From: a virus
IMG/VR virus record: IMGVR_UViG_3300030329_005959
Coordinates: 40,266 to 104,265 of that record
DNA: 64,000 nt
Strand: one strand, 5' to 3'
Shown here: piece by piece, positions 1 to 10,320 of the stretch
Layout of the letters: each line of letters begins with the position of its first letter
How positions within the stretch are numbered: position 1 is the first letter of the stretch
The notes under the pieces: generated by a model
Told to the model about the DNA's origin: nothing
Seen by the model: only the letters and a program-made list of their open reading frames with translations
Database searches by the model: none
Position numbers and translations under genes: made by a program

Positions 1-23
1 CGATTGATTGAGTCAGGCTTAAA

Positions 24-1280
24 ATGTTAACATCAGAAGAAATATTATGGCAAAACGCCATTAGACTAATGCCGCGAGGGACGCAAACAATGAGTAAGTG
101 TCCCGATCAGTTTGTAGAGGGGGTCTATCCCAAGTTCGCTAAAAAATCTAAAGGAGCTTATATCCAAGCTCTAGACAACAAGTGGTATTTGGACTACATG
201 TGTGGGTTGGGTCCAATTATTTTAGGCTTTAATCACAAGAAAACAAACAAGGCTATATCCAACCAACTCAAAAAAGGAATTATTCATTCTCTCCCTACGC
301 TGTTGGAGCAAGAACTGGCTGCTTTAATATGTGATAGTGTTCCGTGTGCGGAGCAGGTTAGATTTGCTAAAAATGGAACTGATGTAGATCTCGCTGCGGT
401 GCGAATAGCCCGTTCATACACTGGTAGAGAACATATTGTTAAGTGTGGATATCATGGATGGGGAGACTGGCACGGCATCACTCTTCGTCCCCACGGCATA
501 CCTAAGTGTCTAGAAGAATGTGTTTCTGAGTTTGAATACAACAACCTCGCCAGTTTAGAGAGCGAACTTTCTAAGCGCCCTGTGGCGGGGGTAATAATGG
601 AAGCTCAAGCTCTGACAAAACCACAAGAAGGCTTCTTGCAGGGGGTTAAGGACTTATGTAGGAAGCATGGAGCGGTGTTGATATTTGATGAAGTAGTCAC
701 AGGGTTTCGTTGGGCACTGGGGGGCGCTCAAGAACATTATGGAGTCACTCCTGACTTATGTTGTTTAGGGAAAGGAATGGCTAACGGAATGCCTCTTAGT
801 GCCATCGCTGGAAAAAAAGAATATATGCAAGAACTTAATCATGCATTTTTTTCTATGACTTTTGGAGGAGAATGTTTATCTTTAGCCGCGTCTATAGAAA
901 CAATAAAAGAGCTTAAAAATAAAAACTATAAACATATTTGGGATCTAGGAAACAAGCTGGACAAAGGAATAAAAGAAGCCGCCAAAAAGCACGGGTTAGA
1001 AATTAATTTTAGTGGAAGCGCCCCTCGACACAATCTATCATTTAGCGACAAATACGATGATCCTCAAGGCATGAAAGCTCTTTTTTATCAAGAAATGTTC
1101 AGAGAGGGTGTTCTTTTCCCTAATGTCATTTATATACAATTTTCTCACACTTTGAAAGACATAGAAAAAACTATAACAGCAGCAGACAAATCTTTTTCTT
1201 TTCTGAAAAAAAATCTCAATAAAATAGATTTAGTTTTGAGAGGAAAAAGGAGCATTAACATTTTTAGAAAAAACACTTAA
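24..1280 (+). CDS. Class III PLP aminotransferase (glutamate-1-semialdehyde aminomutase-like) of the sugar-modification cluster
   Basis: Motifs LIFDEVVTGFR, PDLCCLGKGMANG (PLP lysine) and TFGG; 418 aa. Confidence 0.85.
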   Translation: MLTSEEILWQNAIRLMPRGTQTMSKCPDQFVEGVYPKFAKKSKGAYIQALDNKWYLDYMCGLGPIILGFNHKKTNKAISNQLKKGIIHSLPTLLEQELAALICDSVPCAEQVRFAKNGTDVDLAAVRIARSYTGREHIVKCGYHGWGDWHGITLRPHGIPKCLEECVSEFEYNNLASLESELSKRPVAGVIMEAQALTKPQEGFLQGVKDLCRKHGAVLIFDEVVTGFRWALGGAQEHYGVTPDLCCLGKGMANGMPLSAIAGKKEYMQELNHAFFSMTFGGECLSLAASIETIKELKNKNYKHIWDLGNKLDKGIKEAAKKHGLEINFSGSAPRHNLSFSDKYDDPQGMKALFYQEMFREGVLFPNVIYIQFSHTLKDIEKTITAADKSFSFLKKNLNKIDLVLRGKRSINIFRKNT

Positions 1281-2221
1281 TGAAAGAAAAAATTAAAGAA
1301 ATAGAACAGGCTCTTGATGCCCTTTTGCTCGATCAAGAAAACAGAGTAGATAGGTTTGATGCAAATTACATTGATGACTTTCACTTTATTCTGAAAGAAA
1401 CCCATTCAATTAAAAAAACCGAAGACGAACACAACGACAGTTTCAACAAACTTAAAAAGCTCGTTGGTGGGAATTCAAAATCTGTTAAAGAACTAGGCGA
1501 AACTATAAAAACCATAGAAGGATTAAACATATCTAAATATAAGCCAAAGGAATCTGACTCATCTACTAAATCTGAGCATAAGTATGATCAAACTTCTAGT
1601 TGGGACTCAGCTAAAGACCTCAAAGTTAATGACCAAAATAAAGATAAACTTAATCAACTTCAGGTCGATTATTCGGTTCTTAGTCATGCTAATCAAAAAG
1701 TCGCCCCTTCAGTTTTTTGGAGGCGCGACGGTTTAACTGATGAAAAAAACCAGCTATTTAAGGATTTTTGTGCTGGAAAAAAAGTCCTATGCATAGGGCC
1801 AAGATGGGCCGAAGAGGTTTCATATATATCTAACACCTTTAAGTGTGAAGCTCTTGGGTTAGATCTTTTTTCGAATAACAAAGATCTAGTAAAAGTCGGT
1901 GATATGCACGATATGCCTTTTGAGGATAACACCTTCGATGTAGTATATCAAAAGAACACTTTTAACAAATCTTACGACATTAGAAAATGTTTAGACGAGT
2001 GCGTGAGGGTTTTAGTCAATGGTGGCGTTATAATTTCTGACGAACTATTAGGATATAATATTGGAGTCAATGAAATTGCCCGAACGAGTATAAACAGGAA
2101 TTCTTGGTATACCTCCTATCTTGATAAAACAGTAGATGAGATTTTGTGTGACAAAGAAGTGTCCATAAACGCAAGCTGGGTGGATCTTGTTGGACTATAT
2201 GCTGTTAAAATAAAAAAATAG
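1280..2221 (+). CDS. Class I SAM-dependent methyltransferase with N-terminal extension
   Basis: KVLCIGPR..., GLDLF and GDMHDMPFEDNTFDVVY (Methyltransf_11-like). Confidence 0.7.
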   Translation: MKEKIKEIEQALDALLLDQENRVDRFDANYIDDFHFILKETHSIKKTEDEHNDSFNKLKKLVGGNSKSVKELGETIKTIEGLNISKYKPKESDSSTKSEHKYDQTSSWDSAKDLKVNDQNKDKLNQLQVDYSVLSHANQKVAPSVFWRRDGLTDEKNQLFKDFCAGKKVLCIGPRWAEEVSYISNTFKCEALGLDLFSNNKDLVKVGDMHDMPFEDNTFDVVYQKNTFNKSYDIRKCLDECVRVLVNGGVIISDELLGYNIGVNEIARTSINRNSWYTSYLDKTVDEILCDKEVSINASWVDLVGLYAVKIKK

Positions 2222-2223
2222 CT

Positions 2224-2913
2224 ATGAAGTCTATAGAAAACACTCTTTTTTTTATTCAAGCGAGGACTCAATCGACAAGAGTGCCTAACAAAATGTTAAG
2301 GCCGTTTGCTGATTCGAACTTATTTGAAATAGCTGTTAAAAAACTACTCAAGTCAGAGGTCATACCTAAAGATAATTTTTATTTATCTATAATGGATGAG
2401 GAGTTGATTAAAATAGCAGAAAAGTATAATGTAAACTATTTTACGAGAAGCGAAGAGTCTACTCAAGAACCAGTTACTTTACCGAAAGTGTTTGAGTGGC
2501 ACGACAAGCTACCGTTTACACACTATGTGAATGTAAACGCTTGCAATCCACTTCTTAAAATAGAAACCATAGACAGTTTTATCCAAAAATTTTTACAAAC
2601 CAAATCAAGGGGACTGTTTGGTGTCTTTGAGAAAAAAACTTTTCTTTTTGGGTGTAATCACTCAATGTTAAATGAGTTTTATGGAGGCGAAAGACATTTA
2701 TCCACACTGGAAACCAAGTTTGTGGAGACCTGTTATGAGGCAGCTCATTCTTTGTATGCTGGTTGCGTAGAAGATATCAAAAAGCACATTTATATGGGCT
2801 CATTTACTAGCGAAAATGATCCTGAGTTCTTTATTCTTGATGAAAAAGAGTGTCTAGACATTGATTGGCCTTGGCAATTTGAAATGGCGGAAAAACTTTA
2901 TTCAAATTCATGA
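2224..2913 (+). CDS. neuA: Acylneuraminate/nonulosonate cytidylyltransferase (NeuA/PseF-like)
   Basis: IQARTQSTRVPNKMLRPF N-terminal motif; C-terminal LDIDWPWQFEMAE. Confidence 0.8.
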   Translation: MKSIENTLFFIQARTQSTRVPNKMLRPFADSNLFEIAVKKLLKSEVIPKDNFYLSIMDEELIKIAEKYNVNYFTRSEESTQEPVTLPKVFEWHDKLPFTHYVNVNACNPLLKIETIDSFIQKFLQTKSRGLFGVFEKKTFLFGCNHSMLNEFYGGERHLSTLETKFVETCYEAAHSLYAGCVEDIKKHIYMGSFTSENDPEFFILDEKECLDIDWPWQFEMAEKLYSNS

Positions 2914-3719
2914 AAGCAGTAATAATTGGTGGAGGCTCCATTGGTCAGCGACATGCGGGGAACTTAAAAGGTTTGGGTGTTAATACTAGAATTGTAGATA
3001 TTGATGAAATAGAAACCATAGACTCTATCTTAAATAATGGCTTTGATTTTGGTTTGGTTTGCTCACCGAATCTATATCATATAGAACATTGCACAAAATT
3101 AGCGGAATATAACATTCCAACCTTCTGTGAAAAACCTTTTTATTCTGACGTTGACGGAGTGGCTTCTCTTTTAAAAACTGTTGAAGAAAAAAAATTAATC
3201 ACAATGGTAGCGGCGAACTTAAGATTCGCGGACGAGGTGAAATCTATTGATTCTACAGCTAGCTATATTAATGTCCACTTTGGCTATGACCTAAAAAAAT
3301 GGAGACCAGATTCGGACCACTTGCTTTCTTATAGTGCCAATAAAGCTTTAGGTGGAGGCATTCTCCTAGACGCTATACACGAACTAGATTACCTTTATTT
3401 TAAATTTGGTAAAATACAAGACATTTTTTATAACAAAAGCAAGTTAACAAATATCACAAATGATACCGAAGATTTGGTTGTCGGGCGCATTTATTTCGAA
3501 AGCGGAACTATAGCTGATTTTTCTCTTAACTATCTCTCGGAGGATTATCAAAGATATTACGATATTTTAGAGGACGGCGTTTTAAAAAGAAAAAACATAA
3601 ATATCAGCAACCAGATGTATATAGACGAAATGACTTATTTTATTGATTGCGTGGTATCAAATACCCAAGGTATGAATAGTTTTAATGAGGCAAACACACT
3701 GTTAACTACAATTATTTAA
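2910..3719 (+). CDS. Gfo/Idh/MocA family oxidoreductase
   Basis: IIGGGSIGQRH, CEKP and GGGILLDAIHELD motifs. Confidence 0.85.
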   Translation: MKAVIIGGGSIGQRHAGNLKGLGVNTRIVDIDEIETIDSILNNGFDFGLVCSPNLYHIEHCTKLAEYNIPTFCEKPFYSDVDGVASLLKTVEEKKLITMVAANLRFADEVKSIDSTASYINVHFGYDLKKWRPDSDHLLSYSANKALGGGILLDAIHELDYLYFKFGKIQDIFYNKSKLTNITNDTEDLVVGRIYFESGTIADFSLNYLSEDYQRYYDILEDGVLKRKNINISNQMYIDEMTYFIDCVVSNTQGMNSFNEANTLLTTII

Positions 3720-4544
3720 ATGGAAAATTGGGTCGAAAATAAAAAAGTGCATGATGCAGAATGGGGTATGCTCTATGCTTATTGTATGGCTAATGCTGCC
3801 AAATATACCAACATAAAAGAAGAGTGGGCGAATTTATTCAGTTTTGAAATGGGGCACCCCCTTACCTTGAGATATATTTCAGAAGGTAAGCATAAGATTA
3901 ACGGGAAGGAAGGATATTTTAAAAGCAAAAATAAACATCTGCAAAACAGAATTGATAAATATATCACCCCAACGACTGATGCTATACTAGACTTAGGCGC
4001 TGGCTGGGGAAGGCACAGCATTCAGTTGGCCTTTAATAATCCCGATTACAATATAATCTCGGGCGAACTATCAGATACAGGGAAGGCTATCCTAGAATAT
4101 TTTATCGAAAAATATGATTTGTCTATCACAATCGTTGATTTTAATTGGCATGACCATAAATCTATAATTGATTTTTTGTCTCAGCAGTTTAGCTACGACG
4201 AAGGCAAAACTTGGTCTAACTTTAAAGAGATAATTATTTTTACTAGCAATGCTATAGAGCAGATACCCAACATTAAGTTGGAATTCTTTACAGATTTATT
4301 GAGTTTGCCTATTAAAAAAATTAGCGCTATTCACATCGAGCCTGTGAAGTTTCAATATGATAATGCTGATTTTCCCTTCTCCGAGGAAAATGCTCATTAC
4401 AACCGAAACCTTAAAACGGTATTAGATAGTTTAGTATCTTTGGGTCTTATTAAGATCAAAGATGTGATACCGCTCTATTGGGGGCACAGTTTAAATATAG
4501 CATCACAAAACAACACTCTAATAGAATGGGTAAAACTTTTATAA
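3720..4544 (+). CDS. Putative SAM-dependent methyltransferase
   Basis: ILDLGAGWGR motif I. Confidence 0.65.
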   Translation: MENWVENKKVHDAEWGMLYAYCMANAAKYTNIKEEWANLFSFEMGHPLTLRYISEGKHKINGKEGYFKSKNKHLQNRIDKYITPTTDAILDLGAGWGRHSIQLAFNNPDYNIISGELSDTGKAILEYFIEKYDLSITIVDFNWHDHKSIIDFLSQQFSYDEGKTWSNFKEIIIFTSNAIEQIPNIKLEFFTDLLSLPIKKISAIHIEPVKFQYDNADFPFSEENAHYNRNLKTVLDSLVSLGLIKIKDVIPLYWGHSLNIASQNNTLIEWVKLL

Positions 4545-5521
4545 TAGCTGAAGCAGGGGCAAATCACAATAGAAATTTTGACCAAGCGCTTTCTTTAATA
4601 GATGTAGCAAAAGAATCAGGGGCAACTGCGGTAAAGTTCCAAACTTATTCTTCAGAAACCCTCTATGCAGCAAGCACCCCAGATTTTGCGGGTTACAAAA
4701 ACATAAGCAAACTAATAAAAGATATAGAGCTTCCCAGATCTTGGCAAAAAGATCTGAAGGATTACTGTGATGAGAGTGGGATTGAGTTTATGTCTACGCC
4801 TTTTGACGAGAAAGCTGTAGAAGAGCTTGTTGATTTAGGGGTTAAAAGACTTAAAATCTCAGGCTTTGAATCTACAGATCCTCGCTTTGTAAAATTAGTG
4901 GCGTCTACGGGTTTGCCAATTATAATGAGCATTGGAATAGGGTTTGACCTTAAATACGTAGAGTCTTTTTTAGAAATTTTTTCAGCGTATAACAATCACC
5001 TAACATTACTACACTGTAACAACGCTTACCCCACCCCCATGCAAGATGCAAACCTGCGGCAGATGGGGGTTTTATCGACGTATAAAGGTGTTGACGCAGT
5101 AGGTTTTTCTGACCATACAATTTCGACCCTAACCCCTTCTTGGGCGGTTGCTTTAGGAGCAACTGTTATTGAAAAACATTTTACTATAAGCCGCAAACTA
5201 CGAGGACCAGACCACCCTTTTGCTCTTGAGCCTCTTGAACTTAAAGAAATGGTGGACAACATCCACTTGGCTGAACTAGCAATTAAAAACAAAGGTTCTG
5301 GCTTTACAAAATCTGAGAGGCCGTTTTCTAAAGCAATGAGATCGGTGGTCTCTCTAGGGTCTATAAAAAAAGGAGAGGTTTTAACAGTTACTAACACTAC
5401 TACCAAAAGGCCGTTTTTGGAGAATTCGGTTCCTGCATTTGATTATTTTAAGGTATTAGGTAAAATAGTTACAGAAGATATAGAAGACGACCAAATCTTA
5501 AACAAAAATCAAATCAAATGA
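4526..5521 (+). CDS. neuB: Nonulosonic acid synthase (NeuB/PseI/LegI family) with C-terminal SAF domain
   Basis: FIIAEAGANHN, AVKFQT, STPFD, GFSDHT, IEKHFT; start moved to ATG 4526 (MGKTFII). Confidence 0.9.
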   Translation: MGKTFIIAEAGANHNRNFDQALSLIDVAKESGATAVKFQTYSSETLYAASTPDFAGYKNISKLIKDIELPRSWQKDLKDYCDESGIEFMSTPFDEKAVEELVDLGVKRLKISGFESTDPRFVKLVASTGLPIIMSIGIGFDLKYVESFLEIFSAYNNHLTLLHCNNAYPTPMQDANLRQMGVLSTYKGVDAVGFSDHTISTLTPSWAVALGATVIEKHFTISRKLRGPDHPFALEPLELKEMVDNIHLAELAIKNKGSGFTKSERPFSKAMRSVVSLGSIKKGEVLTVTNTTTKRPFLENSVPAFDYFKVLGKIVTEDIEDDQILNKNQIK

Positions 5522-6345
5522 GCGACTTACAAAAAAGAATTGTAGAAGAATTAAAAGAAGACGGGATTTCTATCACTCATGTAGACGAATTATTTGGAGA
5601 TACCTCTCGAAACTATTTTTCTAATTCTTTGTTGTATTTTAATGAATTTCTATCCTCTCCACACATTAAAGAAAGATGTGATAGGATATCTTCAGGAAAT
5701 CCCATCCAAGACAAGAATAAATGGTTTGAGGTAACGGTTTATGAGTATTTGAACAGGGGCCTGAGTCTGGATGACGGAGATGTAATAAGAATGAACTTGT
5801 CTCCCGAAATTCTTTCTATCGCGGAAGCTTTTTACGGGACTCTCCCTAAAGTTAGGAACATTCTTACTTGGGTTCACCCACAAAACCCCTCTACATCAGA
5901 AATTGGATCGCAGCGTTGGCACCGAGACAAAGAAGATGAATCCATTTTAAAAGTTTTTATTTTATTTTCTGAAGTTGGCCCTAAAAACGGTCCCACGCAA
6001 TTTATCAAGAAGTCGCAAGCGGGTGGAAAATATCAAGATATTTCATCTTTAGGAGGCGACGGATATGGGGGGTTAAACTATGAAATTCCAGAGGGAGAGC
6101 TTGTCTCTTGTGAGGGGACGGTAGGGACAATAATTTTTATGAACAACAATGGGGTTCATAAAGGAGGGTTGGTAAAAGACGGTATCAGAAGCCTAACTCA
6201 CGCTTGTTTTCTAAAGCCTACAGCTCCCTTTCTCAATAATGGAGTGTTGCCCTGTTTTGAATATGATTCCCAAGTTAATCTTTTAGACAGAGAGGGTGAG
6301 TCCTATCAAAATTTAAGCGATACCCAAAAATTTGTTCTCTCATGA
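5518..6345 (+). CDS. PhyH-like 2OG-Fe(II) dioxygenase
   Basis: WHRD (HxD), NGPTQFIKKS, and distal H followed by R. Confidence 0.7.
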   Translation: MSDLQKRIVEELKEDGISITHVDELFGDTSRNYFSNSLLYFNEFLSSPHIKERCDRISSGNPIQDKNKWFEVTVYEYLNRGLSLDDGDVIRMNLSPEILSIAEAFYGTLPKVRNILTWVHPQNPSTSEIGSQRWHRDKEDESILKVFILFSEVGPKNGPTQFIKKSQAGGKYQDISSLGGDGYGGLNYEIPEGELVSCEGTVGTIIFMNNNGVHKGGLVKDGIRSLTHACFLKPTAPFLNNGVLPCFEYDSQVNLLDREGESYQNLSDTQKFVLS

Positions 6346-7004
6346 CCGCTTTGGTAATATCGCAAGATAGACCTTGGACTCGCCAACTAATTAATAGTCT
6401 GGATAACGAGGAACATGAGATTTTTTATTCTTCTTTAATATCTCAGGAGTTAATTGAAAATATCGGCCCTGATTGGATATTTTTCTTTCACTGGTCCGAA
6501 ATTGTTCCTAAAACTATATACAAAAATTATAAGTGTTGCGTAATCCACACTGGCAATTTACCTAAGGCGAGAGGAGGAAGTCCTCTGCAAAATCAAATAT
6601 TAGAGGGCGTGACCGACACCCAAGTAAATATTATTGAAATGTCAGGTGAGATAGATGCTGGCGGGATATATTGCTCTGCTCCTATTTCTTTACAAGGGAG
6701 TATTACTGATATATGGCTTTCAATAGCTGATGTAACCTCTAATTTAATAAACTTTTGTATGTCTGCAAACCCGAAAGCGGCTCCACAAAGGGGGAAGTCC
6801 CAAACATATAAACGCATTAAAAATAATAGTGTTAACTTTAATATTGAAAAGCCACTTTCCTTCGTTTATGATCAGATTAGAATGGTGGATGATGATTTTT
6901 ATCCTAAATGCCATTTGGACATCAATGGTTTTAGGTTAGAGTTTAGCAGGGCAAAACTGAAAACAGATAAAATTTTAGCCGATGTTACAATTACCAAAAA
7001 ATAG
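6342..7004 (+). CDS. Sugar N-formyltransferase (Fmt-like)
   Basis: IHTGNLPKARGGSPLQNQI and IDAGGIY motifs. Confidence 0.8.
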   Translation: MTALVISQDRPWTRQLINSLDNEEHEIFYSSLISQELIENIGPDWIFFFHWSEIVPKTIYKNYKCCVIHTGNLPKARGGSPLQNQILEGVTDTQVNIIEMSGEIDAGGIYCSAPISLQGSITDIWLSIADVTSNLINFCMSANPKAAPQRGKSQTYKRIKNNSVNFNIEKPLSFVYDQIRMVDDDFYPKCHLDINGFRLEFSRAKLKTDKILADVTITKK

Positions 7005-7647
7005 CGACATATTAATTTTAGCTGCTCATCCCGATGATGAAACATTAGGGTGTGGCGCTACTGCGGCTAAACTCTCAGAGGAAGGTCACAATATCCACTT
7101 AATGACATTCACTGACGGGGTTGATGCCAGAGACGAAAAAGGAAAGGAAAACAGAAACAACAGGCTGGGCCGTATCTCCGAGATACTAGGAATTAATTCG
7201 TTTAATCATGGAGATTTTCCCGATAACAGCATGGACGTTGTTCCCTTGTTAAAACTTTGCAAATACATAGAAAATCACTGTCCTTTTGCACCTGATTTAA
7301 TTTTTACCCACCACCCCGATTGTCTTAATATAGATCATGAAATGGTTTACCGAGCCACTTTAACCGCCTTTAGGCCGCAGTTTGGGTTAAGACAAACAAT
7401 TTTGTCTTATTTTGTCCCGTCTTCAACCGATTACAATCCTCAGGCTAACTTTAACGGGAATGTCTATGTTGACATCAAAGGCTATGTGGATAAAAAGCTA
7501 AAAGCGTTATCGGTTTATGACGAAGAGATGAGAGAACACCCTCACAGCAGAAGCTACACTAATGTAAAAAATTTGTCTTCTACATGGGGAAGCGAAGTCG
7601 GCTTAGAGTCTGCTGAGAAATTTCAACTAATAAGATCTGTTTCTTAA
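6982..7647 (+). CDS. PIG-L/LmbE family N-deacetylase
   Basis: AAHPDDETLGCG and THHPDCLNIDH; exact start uncertain. Confidence 0.85.
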   Translation: MLQLPKNSDILILAAHPDDETLGCGATAAKLSEEGHNIHLMTFTDGVDARDEKGKENRNNRLGRISEILGINSFNHGDFPDNSMDVVPLLKLCKYIENHCPFAPDLIFTHHPDCLNIDHEMVYRATLTAFRPQFGLRQTILSYFVPSSTDYNPQANFNGNVYVDIKGYVDKKLKALSVYDEEMREHPHSRSYTNVKNLSSTWGSEVGLESAEKFQLIRSVS

Positions 7648-7648
7648 A

Positions 7649-8179
7649 ATGATAGAAGGCAAGAAAGTAAATTTAACTAAAGTTGACAGAGAGAATATCG
7701 AACAACTTAGGGAATGGAGAAACAACCCGTTGTTGAGAAAATATTTTAGAGAACACCGAGAGATCAACAAAGATAATCAATCTTGTTGGTATGAAAGCAA
7801 GGTGTTGGGAGATCCTAATCAATATAACTTTGAAATAAGGGCCAACAAAAACTCTGAACTAATCGGGCATTGCGGCCTTTATTATATTAATTGGATTAGC
7901 AGGACTGCTGAGTTTGGCATTTATATTGGAGATAGAGCCTATAGAAATGGAGGTTATGGTTCGGACACCCTTAGAACTTTAATTGGTTATGGATTTAAAG
8001 ATTTAAATTTAAATAGAATTTGGTGCGAAGTTTACGACAACAATAAATCCATTGAAGTATATAAGCATATTGGCTTTAAATACGAGGGCACATTAAGACA
8101 AAACTATTACAACGAAGGCCGCTATTGGGATGCTCATGTTCTCGGTATGCTGAAAAGTGAATATGAATCAATCTCTTAA
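7649..8179 (+). CDS. GNAT N-acetyltransferase (PseH/RimJ-like)
   Basis: REWRNNP, AEFGIYIG, YRNGGYG and YKHIGFKYEG. Confidence 0.85.
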   Translation: MIEGKKVNLTKVDRENIEQLREWRNNPLLRKYFREHREINKDNQSCWYESKVLGDPNQYNFEIRANKNSELIGHCGLYYINWISRTAEFGIYIGDRAYRNGGYGSDTLRTLIGYGFKDLNLNRIWCEVYDNNKSIEVYKHIGFKYEGTLRQNYYNEGRYWDAHVLGMLKSEYESIS

Positions 8180-8930
8180 AGACAGCAAAGTATTAATTGT
8201 AGGGACTTCCAGTTCGGTAGCCCAATACGATAAAAAATTCCTCCAAGAAAAACGAGAAAACGGATATAAGATATTATCTTATTCTGGCAACTCTCTTATT
8301 TATTTATACGACATTGGATTTAAGCCTGATTTTTTCATTTTTTTCGACCCTTTTGCCTATACTATTGGAATAGGAAATATGGGGGAGCGATGCAAAGATT
8401 GGCTAAAGGAAACGACATATATAGGGTATGAAAACAGCTCCTTTGAGTCTTTGTTGGCTACTAATAAATTCTTAAACGGAAGCGAAAGTTTTGGATTCAC
8501 TGATTTTTTAAGAAACGACTCTTTGGTTAACCTCTATAAAGACAATCCTCCTTCAGAAATCTTTAAAGAGTGTTTGTGTGAAAATCCCACAACCGTAAAT
8601 TTTGATCAGATAGAAAATTTAAACTTGTCAGACAGGCTTTACATGATAAGAAACTATGGTAATGAATTAGACAAATTTACCTATTATCTTCTGCCAGTAA
8701 TTTTTAATTTCTTCAAAAACCTTTCGACTTTAGAGTGTTTGGGTTTTGGGACATTTGGGTTCGACCGATACAGGGGAACATCAGGGTCTTATTCCGAATA
8801 TGTAAGAGCATATGATCAAATCTTACCTCATTTGAATAATGTCAAAATAAACCAAAATGTTGACATTAAATTAGAGGATGATAGTTATTTCAAAAAAGTC
8901 GAAACTCTCTTTTCTAAAGATATTTCATGA
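8163..8930 (+). CDS. Hypothetical protein, possibly a Maf/GT29-like nonulosonate transferase
   Basis: VLIVGTSSS start, 'GFKPDF' and 'CLGF' recall Maf/DUF115-type folds; located in the NulO cluster. Confidence 0.4.
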   Translation: MNQSLKDSKVLIVGTSSSVAQYDKKFLQEKRENGYKILSYSGNSLIYLYDIGFKPDFFIFFDPFAYTIGIGNMGERCKDWLKETTYIGYENSSFESLLATNKFLNGSESFGFTDFLRNDSLVNLYKDNPPSEIFKECLCENPTTVNFDQIENLNLSDRLYMIRNYGNELDKFTYYLLPVIFNFFKNLSTLECLGFGTFGFDRYRGTSGSYSEYVRAYDQILPHLNNVKINQNVDIKLEDDSYFKKVETLFSKDIS

Positions 8931-9973
8931 AAAAAATAATTATAACAGGGGTGACAGGTCAAGATGGTAGCCATATGGCAGACTATTTACTCCAGAATAC
9001 AGAGCACACCGTCATTGGTGGAGTAAGAAGGTTAAGTGTTGAAAACCACAAGAACATCAAGCATTTAGAAAAAAACCCTCGTTTTTATCTTATTGATTTA
9101 GATGTAACGGATGCTCATAACACTGATAATGTAATTTCTAGGGAAAAACCCGATTATTTTATTAATTTTGCTGCGAATTCTTTTGTGGGCAGCAGTTGGG
9201 ATATGCCTGTAAATCACATGCAGACTAATTGCATGGCGGTTCTCTACCAGTTAGAAGCGCTTCGAAAGCATACCCCTCACTGCCGTTATTACAACGCAGG
9301 TAGCTCTGAGGAGTTTGGGAACGTTGTGACGACTCCGCAAGCAGAAGATCATCCCTTGCGCCCCAGAAGCCCATATGGAGCCTCTAAATGCGCTGCCCGA
9401 CATTTGGTAAAAGTTTACCGAGACTCTTACAAACTTTACGCGGTTCAGGGTTGGTTATTTAATCACGAAGGTGTTCGCAGAGGGGAAGAATTTGTTACTA
9501 GGAAGATCACAAAAAATGTCGCCAAAATTTTAGCACAATATGAAACGGGCAAAGTTGTGGTCCCGATGCAATTAGGCAATTTAGACGCGAAGAGGGACTG
9601 GAGCGATGCGGAAGATTTTATTAGAGGCGTCTGGTTGATGTTAAATCAAGATAGAGAAAACCCGAAGGACTACGTTCTTTCCTCTAATGAAACACACACT
9701 ATAAGAGAATTTATTGAGGAAGCTTTTAATTTTGTAGGTTTCCACAGAAACGCTTGTGAATGGAAAGGGGAAGGTCTTGAAGAAAAATACATGCACGGTC
9801 GAGATTGTTTTGTGGAAATTAATTCAGATTTTTATAGGCCAGCAGAGGTTGACTTGCTTTTGGGCGACTCAACAAAAGCGCGTGATGAGCTTGGGTGGAA
9901 ACCAAAAACCACATTTATCCAGCTTATCAAAAAAATGGTTGACAAGGATGTGGCGTCAGTTATTACTGGGTAG
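8927..9973 (+). CDS. gmd: GDP-mannose 4,6-dehydratase
   Basis: ITGVTGQDGS, PRSPYGASK, FNHE, FVTRKIT, LGNLDAKRDW and RPAEVDLLLGD. Confidence 0.95.
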   Translation: MKKIIITGVTGQDGSHMADYLLQNTEHTVIGGVRRLSVENHKNIKHLEKNPRFYLIDLDVTDAHNTDNVISREKPDYFINFAANSFVGSSWDMPVNHMQTNCMAVLYQLEALRKHTPHCRYYNAGSSEEFGNVVTTPQAEDHPLRPRSPYGASKCAARHLVKVYRDSYKLYAVQGWLFNHEGVRRGEEFVTRKITKNVAKILAQYETGKVVVPMQLGNLDAKRDWSDAEDFIRGVWLMLNQDRENPKDYVLSSNETHTIREFIEEAFNFVGFHRNACEWKGEGLEEKYMHGRDCFVEINSDFYRPAEVDLLLGDSTKARDELGWKPKTTFIQLIKKMVDKDVASVITG

Positions 9974-10320
9974 TGCCGAAGTCTAAAGGCCCGAATAAAC
10001 GGGATATCATTTTTCGTCTTATAGAAGTTCCCGACAAAGGGAGGCGACCATTTTTCGCGAGGGAAATGAAGTTGCTTAACGATCTTTGTGATCGCTATTC
10101 TTTGGAGTTTATGAATATTGTAAACTTTGGGAAAAAGTTTGATTCTCTGGCTTATCTTGTTAGCCCGAAACTTAAGAACTCTCTTGATGAAAAGTTTAGA
10201 GCCTTCAATTTTAAGGTTGATTTATCCAAGTATGAAACCTATGATATAGGGGAAAAAATAGGTGACGATGCGGTCATTTCACAAACCCCCAAAACAGTAA
10301 AAGATTTTTTAGATGAGTAA
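9973..10320 (+). CDS. Hypothetical protein at the head of the replication operon
   Basis: 115-aa ORF with GTG start; overlaps neighbouring genes. Confidence 0.65.
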   Translation: MPKSKGPNKRDIIFRLIEVPDKGRRPFFAREMKLLNDLCDRYSLEFMNIVNFGKKFDSLAYLVSPKLKNSLDEKFRAFNFKVDLSKYETYDIGEKIGDDAVISQTPKTVKDFLDE

